A stretch of DNA of 41,297 nt from Octopus bimaculoides (lineage: Eukaryota): positions 48,462,635-48,503,931 of the forward strand of contig NC_068990.1 in NCBI RefSeq assembly GCF_001194135.2, written 5' to 3'. The notes beneath the pieces are model-generated. The model made no database searches. It had not been told where the DNA came from and was given only the letters and a program-made list of their open reading frames with translations. Shown here in pieces: positions 11,074-22,090 of the stretch; position 1 is the stretch's first letter, and every line of letters starts with the position of its first letter. A program made the position numbers and the translations under genes.

Positions 11074-11220
11074 GTATATATGACAGGCTTCTTTCAGTAT
11101 CCATCTACCAAATCCACTCACAAGGCTTTAGTCAGCACGAGGCTGACCAAAGACACTTGCCCAAGGTGCTACACAGTGGAACTGAACCAAGCTTCTTACC
11201 ACACAGCTACTCCTGCACCT
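10811..11220 (-). mobile_element. tRNA-headed SINE with internal (GT)n (working family C)
   Basis: Minus strand: AGGTGCAGGAGTAGCTGTGTGGTAAG...GGTTCAGTTCC...CCTTGGGCAAGTGTCTT (CORE-like) ... (GT)n ... CAGTCAAATGACTGAAACAAATAAAAGAATAAAAGAAT tail. Several homologues in the window. Confidence 0.85.
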
Positions 11221-12054
11221 TAAGGATAAAATTTTGTGTAAATATATATTATTGCTCCTGATCAAATTGCATTCAATGCAATATTACTATGATTGTAAAC
11301 TCACACGGTTGAGATGAAAAAATTAGATTTAAATAGTGTATACAAGTAAATGTATGTATATAACCATGCAGATATATGTTGTTCATATGGGTATGTATAA
11401 ATATTTGCATTTAAATACTATGGCATATTGTACTGATGACAGCGAGAGGTTTTATAACCCTAAGCCAGAAATCAAAAAAAAATCTATACTAGTATAAAAA
11501 AAATGCGATCAAAGATACATAAGCAGTGAGGAAAAGATGATATACAACATAGCGATGAACAAATATTATTTTAATATTTATAGTAAGTATGAGAGACAAC
11601 TCCAGATACCTTTCAACCTTATTAGACTTTCTCAGCAAAGCATACTTTACACTATACTTGCCAAAGTAGTGATAAAAAATATCAATAGGAGATGTACAAA
11701 TCTGTTTACAAATAGGCATGAAAAATTGGCATATTTAAAAAAATTAATTACTGAGGTTAATTACTTTGAGATGCCATCCTCAAAATACAATAATTATTTG
11801 TTTTGTTTTGTTTATTTTTAGCAAAAACAACAATAATAATGGTGGAGAATAATGGATGAATAATGAATGATGAATGTTGATGAAAGATTTCTTTAGCTTT
11901 AGTATACAAGACTAACAACAATATCATTTGTCTGTGTTCAGAAATAGTTTGTGTCAGTTTGAGATTAATATAAGCTAAATGGGGAAAAGAATTGTCTGCA
12001 TCTTCAAAGCATAAGTTATTTTAATGAAGCATGCATGATACAAGGTTGACAGAC

Positions 12055-12450
12055 GGAGGAGATGGAAGAGAGATAAAAAGAGAGAGAGAGATAAAAAGAG
12101 AGAGAGAGATAAAAAGAGAGAGAGAGAGAATGAAATATGCATGAAGTAAGAAAAAAGAATTTGAGTAAAAAAAGAGATATAATGAAGGAGAAAACAAGAG
12201 TTGTTTAGAGAGATAGAAAGAGACAGAGATACAAAAAGAGAGTGTGCAAGATAGAAAAAAACAGACAGAAAAGGTGGATGACAAAGCATAATTAGAGAAA
12301 GAAAGGGAGTTGCAGAGTGACAAGAAAGATATTGGCAGGCAAGAGAGCCTACAAATAGAAAGACAGAGAATGGAAAGATAAAAACACAGAGGGAGCACAT
12401 GGGTATATGGTCTGTGAGAGGATATAAAAGATGAGAGAGAGAAAACACAG
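12055..12450 (+). repeat. Polypurine (GA-rich) tract including 3 x 18-bp ATAAAAAGAGAGAGAGAG
   Basis: Strong purine bias; tandem unit at 12073-12128. Confidence 0.75.
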
Positions 12451-12886
12451 GAAAAATTCAAGTTAGTATTTTATTTTGTCATTCAATCCTAAATCAGTCA
12501 TGATCAGTCATCAGTCAGACACTTATGATCAAATGCATCCTACCTGTGTCCAGCTCATCTTTTCTGTATAACTTGGACTACACTGTCCAATTAGACCTTC
12601 CCTGTTCTAAGATAATAAAATGTGATTTGAGAAAAAGTTAGCTGCTTAGGTACTAGGTGGAGATTCCTTGGATGGAGGTAGATAATTGTGGAAAAGTGTT
12701 GAAAGATGTAGAGAGAGAAACAGAGGCAAAGATAGAATGACTGATAGTCAGAGGTAGAGTTGTGTAAAAGTTTAGACAGTAATTCTATTTTGATGACAGG
12801 AATCAAATTATTGATAATTTAGTGATAAATTCTGCATAACATACTGCAGACAGGTTAGAGTTGTCTACAGTTGATGGGTTATATAA

Positions 12887-13042
12887 ATACACGCACACAC
12901 ATCTATATATATACATATAAACACATACATATACATGCATGTATATATATATTATATACACACACACATACATTTATATATATACATATAAACACATACA
13001 TATACATGCATGTATATATATATTATATACGCACACACATAC

Positions 13043-13084
<42 letters not shown>

Positions 13085-13302
13085 GCATACAGATGTATAC
13101 ACAAATATATATATATATACAAAGATACATATCTATACATACACACATATATATACATATACACACACATATGTATGCATGCATATATATATACACACAC
13201 ACACACACAGACATGTATGTATATATATATATAGATACATATCTATACATACATATATATACACACATATATATACATATACACCACACATATGCATGCA
13301 TA

Positions 13303-13332
<30 letters not shown>
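12887..13332. repeat. Compound (TA)/(CA) microsatellite with higher-order duplications
   Basis: The block ATACATATAAACACATACATATACATGCATGTATATATA occurs twice; ATACATATCTATACATAC occurs twice. Confidence 0.9.
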
Positions 13333-13336
<4 letters not shown>

Positions 13337-13874
13337 AAAGAAGACAGAAAACTATAAAAGAAAGAAGAGAAAGCAAATCTTATAAGAGAACACTATCAAG
13401 CCACTCCAAATAAAAATTGGATTTATTACTTCCAGAAGATTTCATTCTTTAATGTCCATTCCAGTTCTTCCTTTCTTTGTGCTTGATATTTTGGAAAGGA
13501 ATTAATTTTAAACTTAGCAACAGTGACTAATTTAGAACTCTACCCAACAAACCATAACTGACAAAAAGGAGCAAGGTCAGCAGTTTGGTCTCTAGGAACC
13601 ATACCTAAAGTCAGAATCTGCTGTAGATTCTTAAATTTATTAGCAACACATATGATTTTTCTTTACCATTATTTTTTGCTTTTTCTTGCTTTTCATTATG
13701 TTTCTGCTTCTCTACACTGCTTAGTTTAATTTCATTAGGTATATTAATTTTCTTCTCATAAAGCATATTAAATTTTTCAAAGCCCTGAGTCAGAGCAAAG
13801 TCTTATATGAACAGCAATAAAATTGATGATGGTGTAAAATTAAGATGCTGTTAGCCATTGTGTTGTATTTGCTT

Positions 13875-14370
13875 TAGTTGTAGTTTAGCCCTGTGTCAGT
13901 TCTGACTGAGATCTTTAATCCAAGGCTTCGCAGCCAAGACCATCTCCTTTGATGTATTTCAGTCATTGGACTATAGCTATGCCTTAAAGGGTTTAGTTAA
14001 ACAAATCAACACCAGGATTTATCATTTTAAGCCTGATACTTATTTTATAGGTCTTTTTTGCTGAACTGTTAAGTTATGGGAATGTTCACCAATCAACCAG
14101 TTGTCATGTAATGGTGGGGAATAAACACAAACACACACAATAAGCTTCTTTCAGTTTCCATTTACCAAATTTTGAGTTTTGGTCAACCTAGTAGGGGACA
14201 TTTGCCCAAGGTGCTGCACAGTAGGACTGAACTCAAGATGACAGGGTAGAGAGTGTCTTTATTTTTATGATTGGGTATGTCTGTTTGTTTGTTTTTTGTG
14301 TGTGGAAGAAAATAATTTAGCTGTTATTTCTAGCAGGTTGAGGAACTATGTAGAGACTCCCTTGTTGGCC
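13875..14370. mobile_element. Dispersed repeat family D, interrupted by a family C SINE
   Basis: GTTTAGCCC..GTCAG end and TTAGCTGTTATTTCTAGCAGGTTGA end. Both motifs recur at 19766-19950, 26460-26651, ~8120-8175 and ~22150. Confidence 0.5.
13950..14236 (-). mobile_element. SINE family C, nested in D
   Basis: TTTCAGTCATTGGACT...GCTTCTTTCAGTTTCC...TTGCCCAAGGTGCTGCACAGTAGGACTGAAC matches 10811-11220. Confidence 0.75.
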
Positions 14371-14713
14371 CAGCTTACCTAAATGGCAAAATAACCCACT
14401 CCTGTTTCATGGTTGAGTCATCAGGGATCAAAAGAGTATCTGGCTATAAAAGCAATTACTGTAATAATTAGTATGCAAATACTAAAATTTAAATGAATTA
14501 ACGCAACTATGTTGTCATTGAAAATAAATGAAAAAAATTCATTTTACAATGGCCATAATGTTTAATTTGATTCAAATATCACATTCAATTTCAATAAAAT
14601 TTTCTAAAATATTCAGCCAACATGCATTACATTGACATGTTTACTTTCATTGTTTTTGTCACATGTCTAAAATATAACTAAATGAGAAGGATTATTATAT
14701 TACTGGTACAGCT

Positions 14714-14921
14714 AGGGTGGCAAGCTGGCAGAGTCCATAGTATGTCAGACAAAAAGCGTAGTGCTCTTTCTTCCAACATTTTACATTCAGGTTTCAAATT
14801 CCGCTGAAGACAGCTTTGTTTTTCAACCATTCCAGGATCAATGAAATACATAATAGTTGAGCATTGGGGCTGGTGTAATCAACCATTACTCTCCTCTAAA
14901 AATTGCTAGCCTTGTGCCAAA
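14714..14921 (+). mobile_element. SINE family A
   Basis: GGTGGCAAGCTGGCAGA...TTCAAATTCCGCTGAAGACAGCTTTG...CCTTGTGCCAA. Confidence 0.7.
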
Positions 14922-15132
14922 TCAGATTATTTTGTCAAATGTGATGTTTATTTATTCATATTCTTATGAATTAATCATGCATTATCTTGTAGCTTCAAGA
15001 TTTCAAACATGTGACTGTTTATCTTGAGAATGACATTGTAGGGTAGGTGTAAGAGAACAGATCTGACTGGCTTGAACATAAAACAGGTAGAATACGATAT
15101 GGTCAGATCTGGCCAGATTAAATGCTAAAGGG
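14922..15132. mobile_element. piggyBac-type MITE lacking its left TIR
   Basis: Homologous to 27753-27967; ends AAATGCTAAAGGG|TTAA. Confidence 0.7.
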
Positions 15133-15334
15133 TTAAAGTATTACTGCTACTCCAGATTCTCTGTTTTGTGCATGTAGATGCATGCATTTTTGATATTACA
15201 AAATTAGATGACATACCATATTCACTCAAGAGCAACATGATGTCAAATAGACAAATTCCCCATTCACTTTTATCCATAATTTATATATTTTAAGACATAT
15301 TTTATCCTCTTATTCCTTTTTATACTCAAATATA

Positions 15335-15553
15335 ATATTGGTTTCAAATTTTGACACAAGGTCAGTAATTTTGTAGGAGGGGATAAGTCAATTATATCGA
15401 CCCAAGTGCTCAACTGGTACTTATTTTATTAACTCCAAAAAGGTGAAAGGCAAAGTTGAGCCAAGCAGTATTTGAACTCAGAAAATAAAGTCAGAAGAAA
15501 TGCCACTAAGCATTTTGTCCTGCATGGCAACAATTCTGCCAGCTCATTGCCTT
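15335..15553 (-). mobile_element. SINE family A
   Basis: AATATTGGTTTCAAATTTTG...AACTGGTACTTATTTTAT...GGCAAAGTTGA...CTGCCAGCTC..GCCTT. Confidence 0.8.
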
Positions 15554-16011
15554 ATATGTATGTATAATATTAGTTGTGGCATGGTAACTGTGTCTCCACT
15601 GGATTTTTTAAATTGCTGATATTATCCGTCAGTTACATCTTCTACCAGGAGTATCACCATTTTGCAGTAACATGGTGGGATTTGATCTAAGAATGCATAG
15701 CTGGAACAGATATCACTGATACAGCTTGGCAACAGAGTTGTTGTAGGAATTGTTGTTAGAGTACAAAGGGCCAGAACAGATGCTCCAAAACATATCGTCT
15801 AACACTAACAATCCTGCCAATTAACTTTACCTTTTATCCAAAAGGAAAATAAAAGACAAAGTTGACCTCAGCAAGATTTGAATTCAAACAAGAGATAATC
15901 AGAATAAATAGCATAAAAACATTCTATCTAAAACTCTAATGACACTGCTAATTCTGATCTTAATGCTTGGTATCAAATTTCTCACATTATGCACAAGTAA
16001 AAAAGGTAATC

Positions 16012-16423
16012 ATTGTCATTCATCAACATTATTTGAATGTCCACTTTTCCATGCTTGCATGGGTTGGATGGAATTTGAGGCAAATTTACTACAGCAGGAT
16101 GCCCTTCCTATCACCAACCCTTTCCTGTTTCCATGCAAGGTAATATTTCCCTACAGCCAGATATGTTTCTGCAGAATATTGGAAATGAATGACATTATTT
16201 TACAACAATAACATGATGTCAAGCAATGCAAACATACAGACTCACACGCATGCATGCACGTGCACACACACACACAACAGGTTTTTCAGTTTCTCTCAAC
16301 CAAATCCATTCACAAGTTTTTCCTGGTCTGAGGCCATAGTAGAAGACACTTGTCCAAAGTGCCACTGAATGCAAAACCAAATGGTTGGGAAGGAAACTTC
16401 TTAACCACACAACCATGCCTGTA
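16012..16423 (-). mobile_element. SINE with family C head, (GT)n hinge and RTE-like 3' tail
   Basis: Head as in 10811-11220. Tail GGAAGGGCATCC..CTGTAG...CCATCCAACCCATGCAAGCATGGAAAAG is shared with the RTE 3' end at 35810-35920. Confidence 0.75.
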
Positions 16424-16853
16424 ATGTTTAAAAAAAAAGTGAAGTGTATAAACAGCTCAAATAGTGAAAGTTTCAAATCAGACAAAATATAAATATATAT
16501 TTTCTATTTTAAGCATAATAGATATGGTTTAAAAATCAGTGATTAGAGTTGGAATATGATACCTGAAATATAATGACACTGAGAAGAAAAGCAGGCACTG
16601 GAAAGCGAGGTGGAGGTTATGTGAACAATATGTCTGCTACATCATTACTAAATTTAAATACCTCAATTCTAATAGTGTAATAGCAAACAAATCAATTTCA
16701 TTAAACCCATCTATATAAATAGTTTCCTTGGTGCAGCTACATATGTTTTACCTGAGAAGAGTTCTAAAATAAACCTTATAAACATTGATGAAAGTTCCAT
16801 CTGCAGTCAGATTCTACTAGTTTCTAATCTTGCAAAATCTATTCTCTAAATTG

Positions 16854-17062
16854 ATTTCAAATTTTGACACAAGGTCAACAATTTTGGAGTGGGGGGGTTG
16901 ATTATATTGACACCAGTACACGACTGGTACTTATTTTATTGACCCCAAAAGAATGAAAGACAAAGTTGACCTTGGCAGAATTTGAACTCAAAATTTGAAG
17001 ACAGATGGAATGCCACTAAACATTCTGCCCAGCATACTAATGATTCTGACAGCTCACCACTT
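16854..17062 (-). mobile_element. SINE family A with 14-bp TSD
   Basis: TATTCTCTAAATTG at 16840-16853 and 17063-17076. Confidence 0.85.
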
Positions 17063-17571
17063 TATTCTCTAAATTGTTAATAAACTTTCCTTATAGTAAA
17101 TTCTTTTGTATCAAAAACTGTCCTTTGCAAAACTTTCAAACTATACCCAATTTCTACTTGGTCCACTTTATTGTATCCAGTTCCCAGCATCTTATACTAA
17201 TATTGCTTTATTTCTCATTCTTTTTCTTCTTAAACTCTTATAGTACACGCAGTCTTTCAATCCAAGAACTTCTACAATGAAGAACTCCCTTCTACTCCAT
17301 GTGTTTGTCAAGTTCAATTGCACTAATCTCAATTACCAAGATCCTTACAGACTTGTGGCAGTGACCATCCTCTAATGAACAAGATGATAAACAATGATAA
17401 ACAAAACCACTGAGGACAATGAGAACAATTATAACAAAACAGAAAATGGAAGTAGCTTTTAAATAGGTTGTACCCTGAATAAAGTTTAACCAATATTCCA
17501 CTTTCATTCAATTAGCTGATCAGTTGGATTTTTAATGAATGACCAACTTATACAAAATGCAGTTTTTATTT

Positions 17572-17730
17572 CGAAGCTTTGTGAGTGGACTTGGTAGATG
17601 AGAGATGGTAAACTGAGAGAAGCCCATCGTATATATGTGTTTGCCACCACTTGACAACTGAGGTTGGTGTGTGTACGTCTCCCATAACTTATTGGTTCAG
17701 CAAAGGACACCGATAGAAGAAGTTCTGGGG
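17572..17730 (+). mobile_element. SINE family C internal fragment
   Basis: GCTTTGTGAGTGGACTTGGTAGA...GAAGCCCATCGTATATATG...TTGACAAC...GGTGTGTGTACGTC. Confidence 0.65.
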
Positions 17731-17805
17731 CCTCATCAGATCATTTCTAAAATCTTGATGCCCCCTTGTGATATTTAATTCTTGTTATTCAGAATTTGGT
17801 TTACA

Positions 17806-17905
17806 NNNNNNNNNNNNNNNNNNNNNNNNNNNNNNNNNNNNNNNNNNNNNNNNNNNNNNNNNNNNNNNNNNNNNNNNNNNNNNNNNNNNNNNNNNNNNNN
17901 NNNNN
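17806..17905. other. Assembly gap (100 N, probably of unknown true size)
   Basis: Run of N. Confidence 1.
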
Positions 17906-17950
17906 CATCTCTCTGACTTCACATATTAGCAAAGTCATGGAACGAATTGT
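17906..17950 (+). pseudogene. Short fragment of an APE-type LINE reverse transcriptase (CR1/Jockey-like)
   Basis: ISLTSHISKVMERIV resembles the RPISLTS...K..ERI motif of LINE RTs; only 15 codons. Confidence 0.45.
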
Positions 17951-18625
17951 CAGTAACTGCAGAATATGTGGAGATGGACAAGAAACAATAAATTATATTG
18001 TCTCTGGCTGCCCAGTCCTGGCTAAGAAGGAATATATTCACAGACATGACAGAGTTGGGACCTACATACACTGGAAGCTATGCCAACACTATGGAATAAC
18101 AACAGAAAAAAGATGGTAGAAGCACATGCCAGAAAAGGTCACATAAAATGAGAAAGCAACAATACTATGGGATATGCCAATACACACAGATAGAGAAATT
18201 AAGACCAATAGGCCAGATATAGTTGTCAGAGATCATCAAGAAAAAAAATGCTTTCTAAATGATGTATCAATATCAACAGATGACAATGTTTCTCTAGAAG
18301 AAATGGAGAAACTTTCAAAATACAAAGACCTGGAAATAGAGGTAGCCCGAATGTGGAATCTAAAAACAGAAACAATTCCTATCATAGTGGGTGCATTAGG
18401 TATGATAAAAAATATTCAGACAAATACATAACAAAAACACCAGGACTAACAAATATGTATAACATACAGAAAATAGCACTACTAGGCACAGCACACATCC
18501 TATGTAAAACACTTTCAATACAGTAACTGTAAGAGCATCACAACAAACTGCAGCACATACCCAAGGCACACAGAGCTGTGCTTGGTAGTGCAGTGAAAGC
18601 ACATTATAAAAATAAGACTAGTGAA
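17951..18625 (+). mobile_element. 3' end of an RLE-type non-LTR retrotransposon (R4/Dong-like)
   Basis: CCHC-type knuckle CRICGDGQETINYIVSGC, RHDRV..YIHWKLC, restriction-like endonuclease NRPDIVV..D....FL.DVS....KLSKYKDL, C-terminal KIALLGTAHIL (stop ~18524-18526), short 3' UTR, (AAT)n tail. Confidence 0.8.
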
Positions 18626-18664
18626 TAATAATAATANNNNNNNNNNTTATAAAAATAAGACTAG

Positions 18665-18722
<58 letters not shown>
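18624..18722. repeat. (AAT)n microsatellite spanning a 10-N gap (18637-18646)
   Basis: AAT run at the LINE 3' end. Confidence 0.9.
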
Positions 18723-18724
<2 letters not shown>

Positions 18725-18943
18725 TTGGTTTCTGGTTTAGGTACAAGACTAGTAATTTTGGGAAGAAAGGTTAATCAATACCATGAAACCCAGTACTTCA
18801 CTAGTGCATTATTTTATCAAGTCTAGAGGGATGAAAGGCAAAGTTTGCTTCAGCAGAATTTGAATTTAGAACTAAAAACAGTCAAAGGAAATACTGCAAG
18901 GCATTTTTCCCAATACTCTAACAATTTTGCTAATCCACCATCC
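18723..18943 (-). mobile_element. SINE family A
   Basis: GGGATGAAAGGCAAAGTTTG...AATTTGAAT...CTAACAATTTTGCTAATCCACC. Confidence 0.7.
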
Positions 18944-19765
18944 CCATGATAATGATGATGATAATTGCTTTTGTAAGCAAACAAGTCTAAATTGACATAT
19001 TATAATGAATATATCTTAAAATTTAACAACAAAATGTAAAAATTGTTGTATTTTCCCCATGGTAGTATGTTCAGAATAAAACTAGAAAAAACATCACCTC
19101 ATCTTTGAAATATTGAAAGTGGGGGTGAAAATCAAAGCTTAATCTTTGTTATCAGCAAATCATGAAGAATACTATGTTTTGTGTTCTCGTGCTAATGCAA
19201 GTGGCTCTGTAATACTGCTACTCATAGCTTGTTGCTATGTTGTAGCTGGTGTTCCATTTTCAAGCATATATAGGCAAGCTGACATCTTGTGATATCCTTA
19301 TTTTGGTTTTTATCTTTCTAAAGGTAATATCTCATACTCTTTCATATATTTAGTTAGTATTTTGCTGCAATACATAATAATTATAAGTTATAATTTATTA
19401 GTCAGATTTAGAATTCAAAGTATAATTCTTGTTAAATAATATGCAGATAAAAATATAAATGTAAATATGATATTTTACATTTTGCAGCAATGAGTAAATA
19501 TTGGGTAATTTAGTCTACTAATTATAGAAAGTAGATATAATGATCAGAAAAGGCTCAGTTGTTTTAATGAGAACACAAATAAGGTTAGACAATCAGAGAA
19601 GAGTCAGAAAACAATATACTTTTGCTTGCACTGCATTGTGTCAATGGCCAAGACTCTTGTCTCTCTAATAACCTATTCCACCTAGTTCTAACTATATACT
19701 GCAGGGTAGGAAAAAATAAAGTTAACCATTGTAGTTAGTGGCATAACTGAAAAAGATAAATAATT

Positions 19766-19950
19766 TGTTGGTTGTGTTCAGTTTCAGGTGAACCTGAGAA
19801 AGCAGACATACAATCAAAAGCATTCAAGCTATGACATCCCATCTCTTCAGGTATAGGTCATCTCAGACTACAGTATCCCAATATTTTCTTCAGTTCTTTT
19901 AATAAATGTCAAAGTGTGGTCCAAGAGAGATTTGACAACTATTTCTAGTG
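19766..19950. mobile_element. Dispersed repeat family D, degenerate
   Basis: GCAGACATACAATCAAAAGCATTC...GAGATTTGACAACTATTTCTAG. Confidence 0.45.
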
Positions 19951-20454
19951 TCCACATGAAGGCTGCATCATAGGTGAATAAATAGTTTGCAAACTTACAA
20001 TGCTGAGTTCAAATATCTCTTGATTCTCCTAGATGTTAGATCCAGACAGATAAGTGATTTTGATTATAAGTTGTTTATAAAGGCTTAATAAGCAACAGGT
20101 CATTCTAAATTAAAACACTACCAGAAAGGCATCCTAAGCTTTTGTGGGACTTGAACAACTTTAATAAGACTTTTATATTGATAAATTAGTATTTATATCA
20201 TGTATTGATATATTCATATAAAAGTGATGAAATGATGAAACAGCTTATGAGGCTTGGTGATTTTCCAACTACTAATGGTAATGTGTCAGCAATATTGGTG
20301 ATTGCTAGTTTGAACAAATAACACTGTCTCTGGCATATAGATTGGTTAGGAAGGTTTTAATGTTAAACAGATAACTTTTGTATGCAACAGCAACAGCAGC
20401 AGTAGTATACCTAGCCCCCACCTCTACCTGATCAAACTTACATGAGTAGACCTA

Positions 20455-21734
20455 CAGGGGTTGGACAAAATAATGGAAACATCTAGCCTCATAACATCAT
20501 AATTTTGAAATATCTATAAAATCGTCAAAAGCTTATCTATTCTTATGTTTTTTAATTTATTATTAGTGTTGCTTAATATGTTTTGTTAAAATTGCTGTTT
20601 CTTTTCAGACATCATCAGAAAAAGGCAATTAAAATTCATTAAAATGACAGATCTATCAGACTTTCAAAGAGGTCAAATTGTTAGTACTCATATGGCAGGT
20701 GCTAGCATAATGAAAACAGCCGTAATGTTTGGTGTATCAAAAAGTACTGTCTCGAAAGTAATTACTGCCTTTGAGAAAGGGGGAAAAATCTCCACGCCGA
20801 AACAAAACTCCAGAAGAAAACCAAAACTTTCAGATGGGGTCCGTCAGACTCTTACGCAAATTGTTAGAAAGGATCACAAACAAAAGTACAGCTCCCAAAA
20901 TTACTGCAGAGCTTAATGTTCGCCTTGAGAACCCAGTTTCCACAAAAACTGTTCACCAGGAGCTGCACAAAGCTGGATTTCACAGGAGGGCTGCAATCAG
21001 AAGACCACTACTTTCAAAAACAAATGTTGCAACACATTTAGAGTGGAGTAAAAACCTACAGAATTGGTCCCTAGAGTGGTGGAAGAATGTAATTTTTTTT
21101 TGGATGAGTCATCCTTTACCTTATTTCCGACCACCGGCTGAATATATGTGTGGAGACAGCCAAAAGAAGCATTTGACCCAGCCTACCTTCCAACCATTAA
21201 ACATGGAGGAGGATCTGTGATGATCTGGGAGAGGGGGCTATATCTTGGTAACCCACTGGCCCAATGGTTTTCTTTCATGGCAGAATTAATAGGCAAGACT
21301 ATTTAAGCATTTTATCTGATCAAATTCATCCTATTGTTGCAGAACTATTTCCAGAGGGAAGCGCAATCTTTCAGAATGATAATGCACCAATTCACACAGC
21401 TAAAATTGTTACTGAATGGCCCGAGGAACATTCTAGAGAAGTTGAAATCTTATCTGGCCACCACAGTCCCCAGACCTCTATATTATTGAACATTTATGGT
21501 GCATTTTAGAAAAACAAGTAAGGAGTCGATATCCTCCACCATCATCACTACATGAACTGGAGACTGTTTTAGCTGAAGAATGGACAAAAATTCCTTTGGA
21601 AACAATTCAAACTTTGTATGAGTCCATACCTCATAGAATTCAAGCTGTAATTACTGCCAAAGGCTGCCTTACCCTATATTAAAATTAATTTGTTTGAAAT
21701 TTTAAGGGGTTTCCATTATTCTGTCCAACCCCTG
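20455..21734 (+). mobile_element. Tc1-family DNA transposon, full length (1280 bp), ~26-bp TIRs, TA TSD
   Basis: TA|CAGGGGTTGGACAAAATAATGGAAAC ... GTTTCCATTATTCTGTCCAACCCCTG|TA. Confidence 0.95.
20644..21682 (+). pseudogene. Tc1 DD34E transposase with frameshifts
   Basis: MTDLSDFQRGQIV...FGVSKSTVSKV (HTH); DES; KHGGGSVMIW; FQNDNAPIHTAK; WPPQSPDLYIIEHLW; ...IQAVITAKG..TLY*. Split over at least three ORF-track frames. Confidence 0.9.
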
Positions 21735-21801
21735 TATGTTCAAATGTCTTTCGATAATGACAATTCCATCATAATTATCTTGGCCTACACTTTCCTGTGT
21801 A

Positions 21802-22090
21802 GTGAAGGTGCATGGCCTACTGGTTAGGATGTTGAAATCCTGATTGTTAGGTTGTGGGTTCAGTTCCTGTTCTAGGCAACATATTGTATCCTTGATCAAA
21901 GGACTTTACTTCGCATTGTTGCAGTCTACTCAGCTGAAAATGAGTACCAACAGTAGTTGAAGATTAACCTGCAACATGCTGACATTCTTTTCAAGAGAGG
22001 GGGAGTCTTGTACATTAAATTGCAAAACACCTCAGAAACCAGGTAGCTCCAGCCTAATGAGCAAAGAAGCTTGAGATAAATTTTAACTTA
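21802..22090 (+). mobile_element. tRNA-headed SINE (family B head/core)
   Basis: GTGAAGGTGCATGGCCTACTGGTTAGG...GGGTTCAGTTCC...GTCTACTCAGCTGAAAATGAGTACC. Confidence 0.65.

Noticed and set aside
11425-11492. CTGATGA...GAAA with a partial helix I (possible further hammerhead)
   Set aside because: Stem II does not close next to GAAA and stem III has only 2 bp around an A-run; there is no second copy for support. Worth only a covariance-model scan.
11975-13413. ORFs of 117-180 aa (poly-YI/HT, SL-rich)
   Set aside because: Translations of microsatellite and polypurine tracts, with no protein-family signal.
17340-17385. Possible decayed hammerhead/pLTR on the minus strand (GAGGATGGTCACTGCC)
   Set aside because: Neither CUGANGA nor GAAA is present; the resemblance would depend on an assumed consensus.
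18604-18680. Apparent duplication of TTATAAAAATAAGACTAGTGAATAATAAT
   Set aside because: The two copies flank a 10-N gap; most likely overlapping contig ends, not biology.
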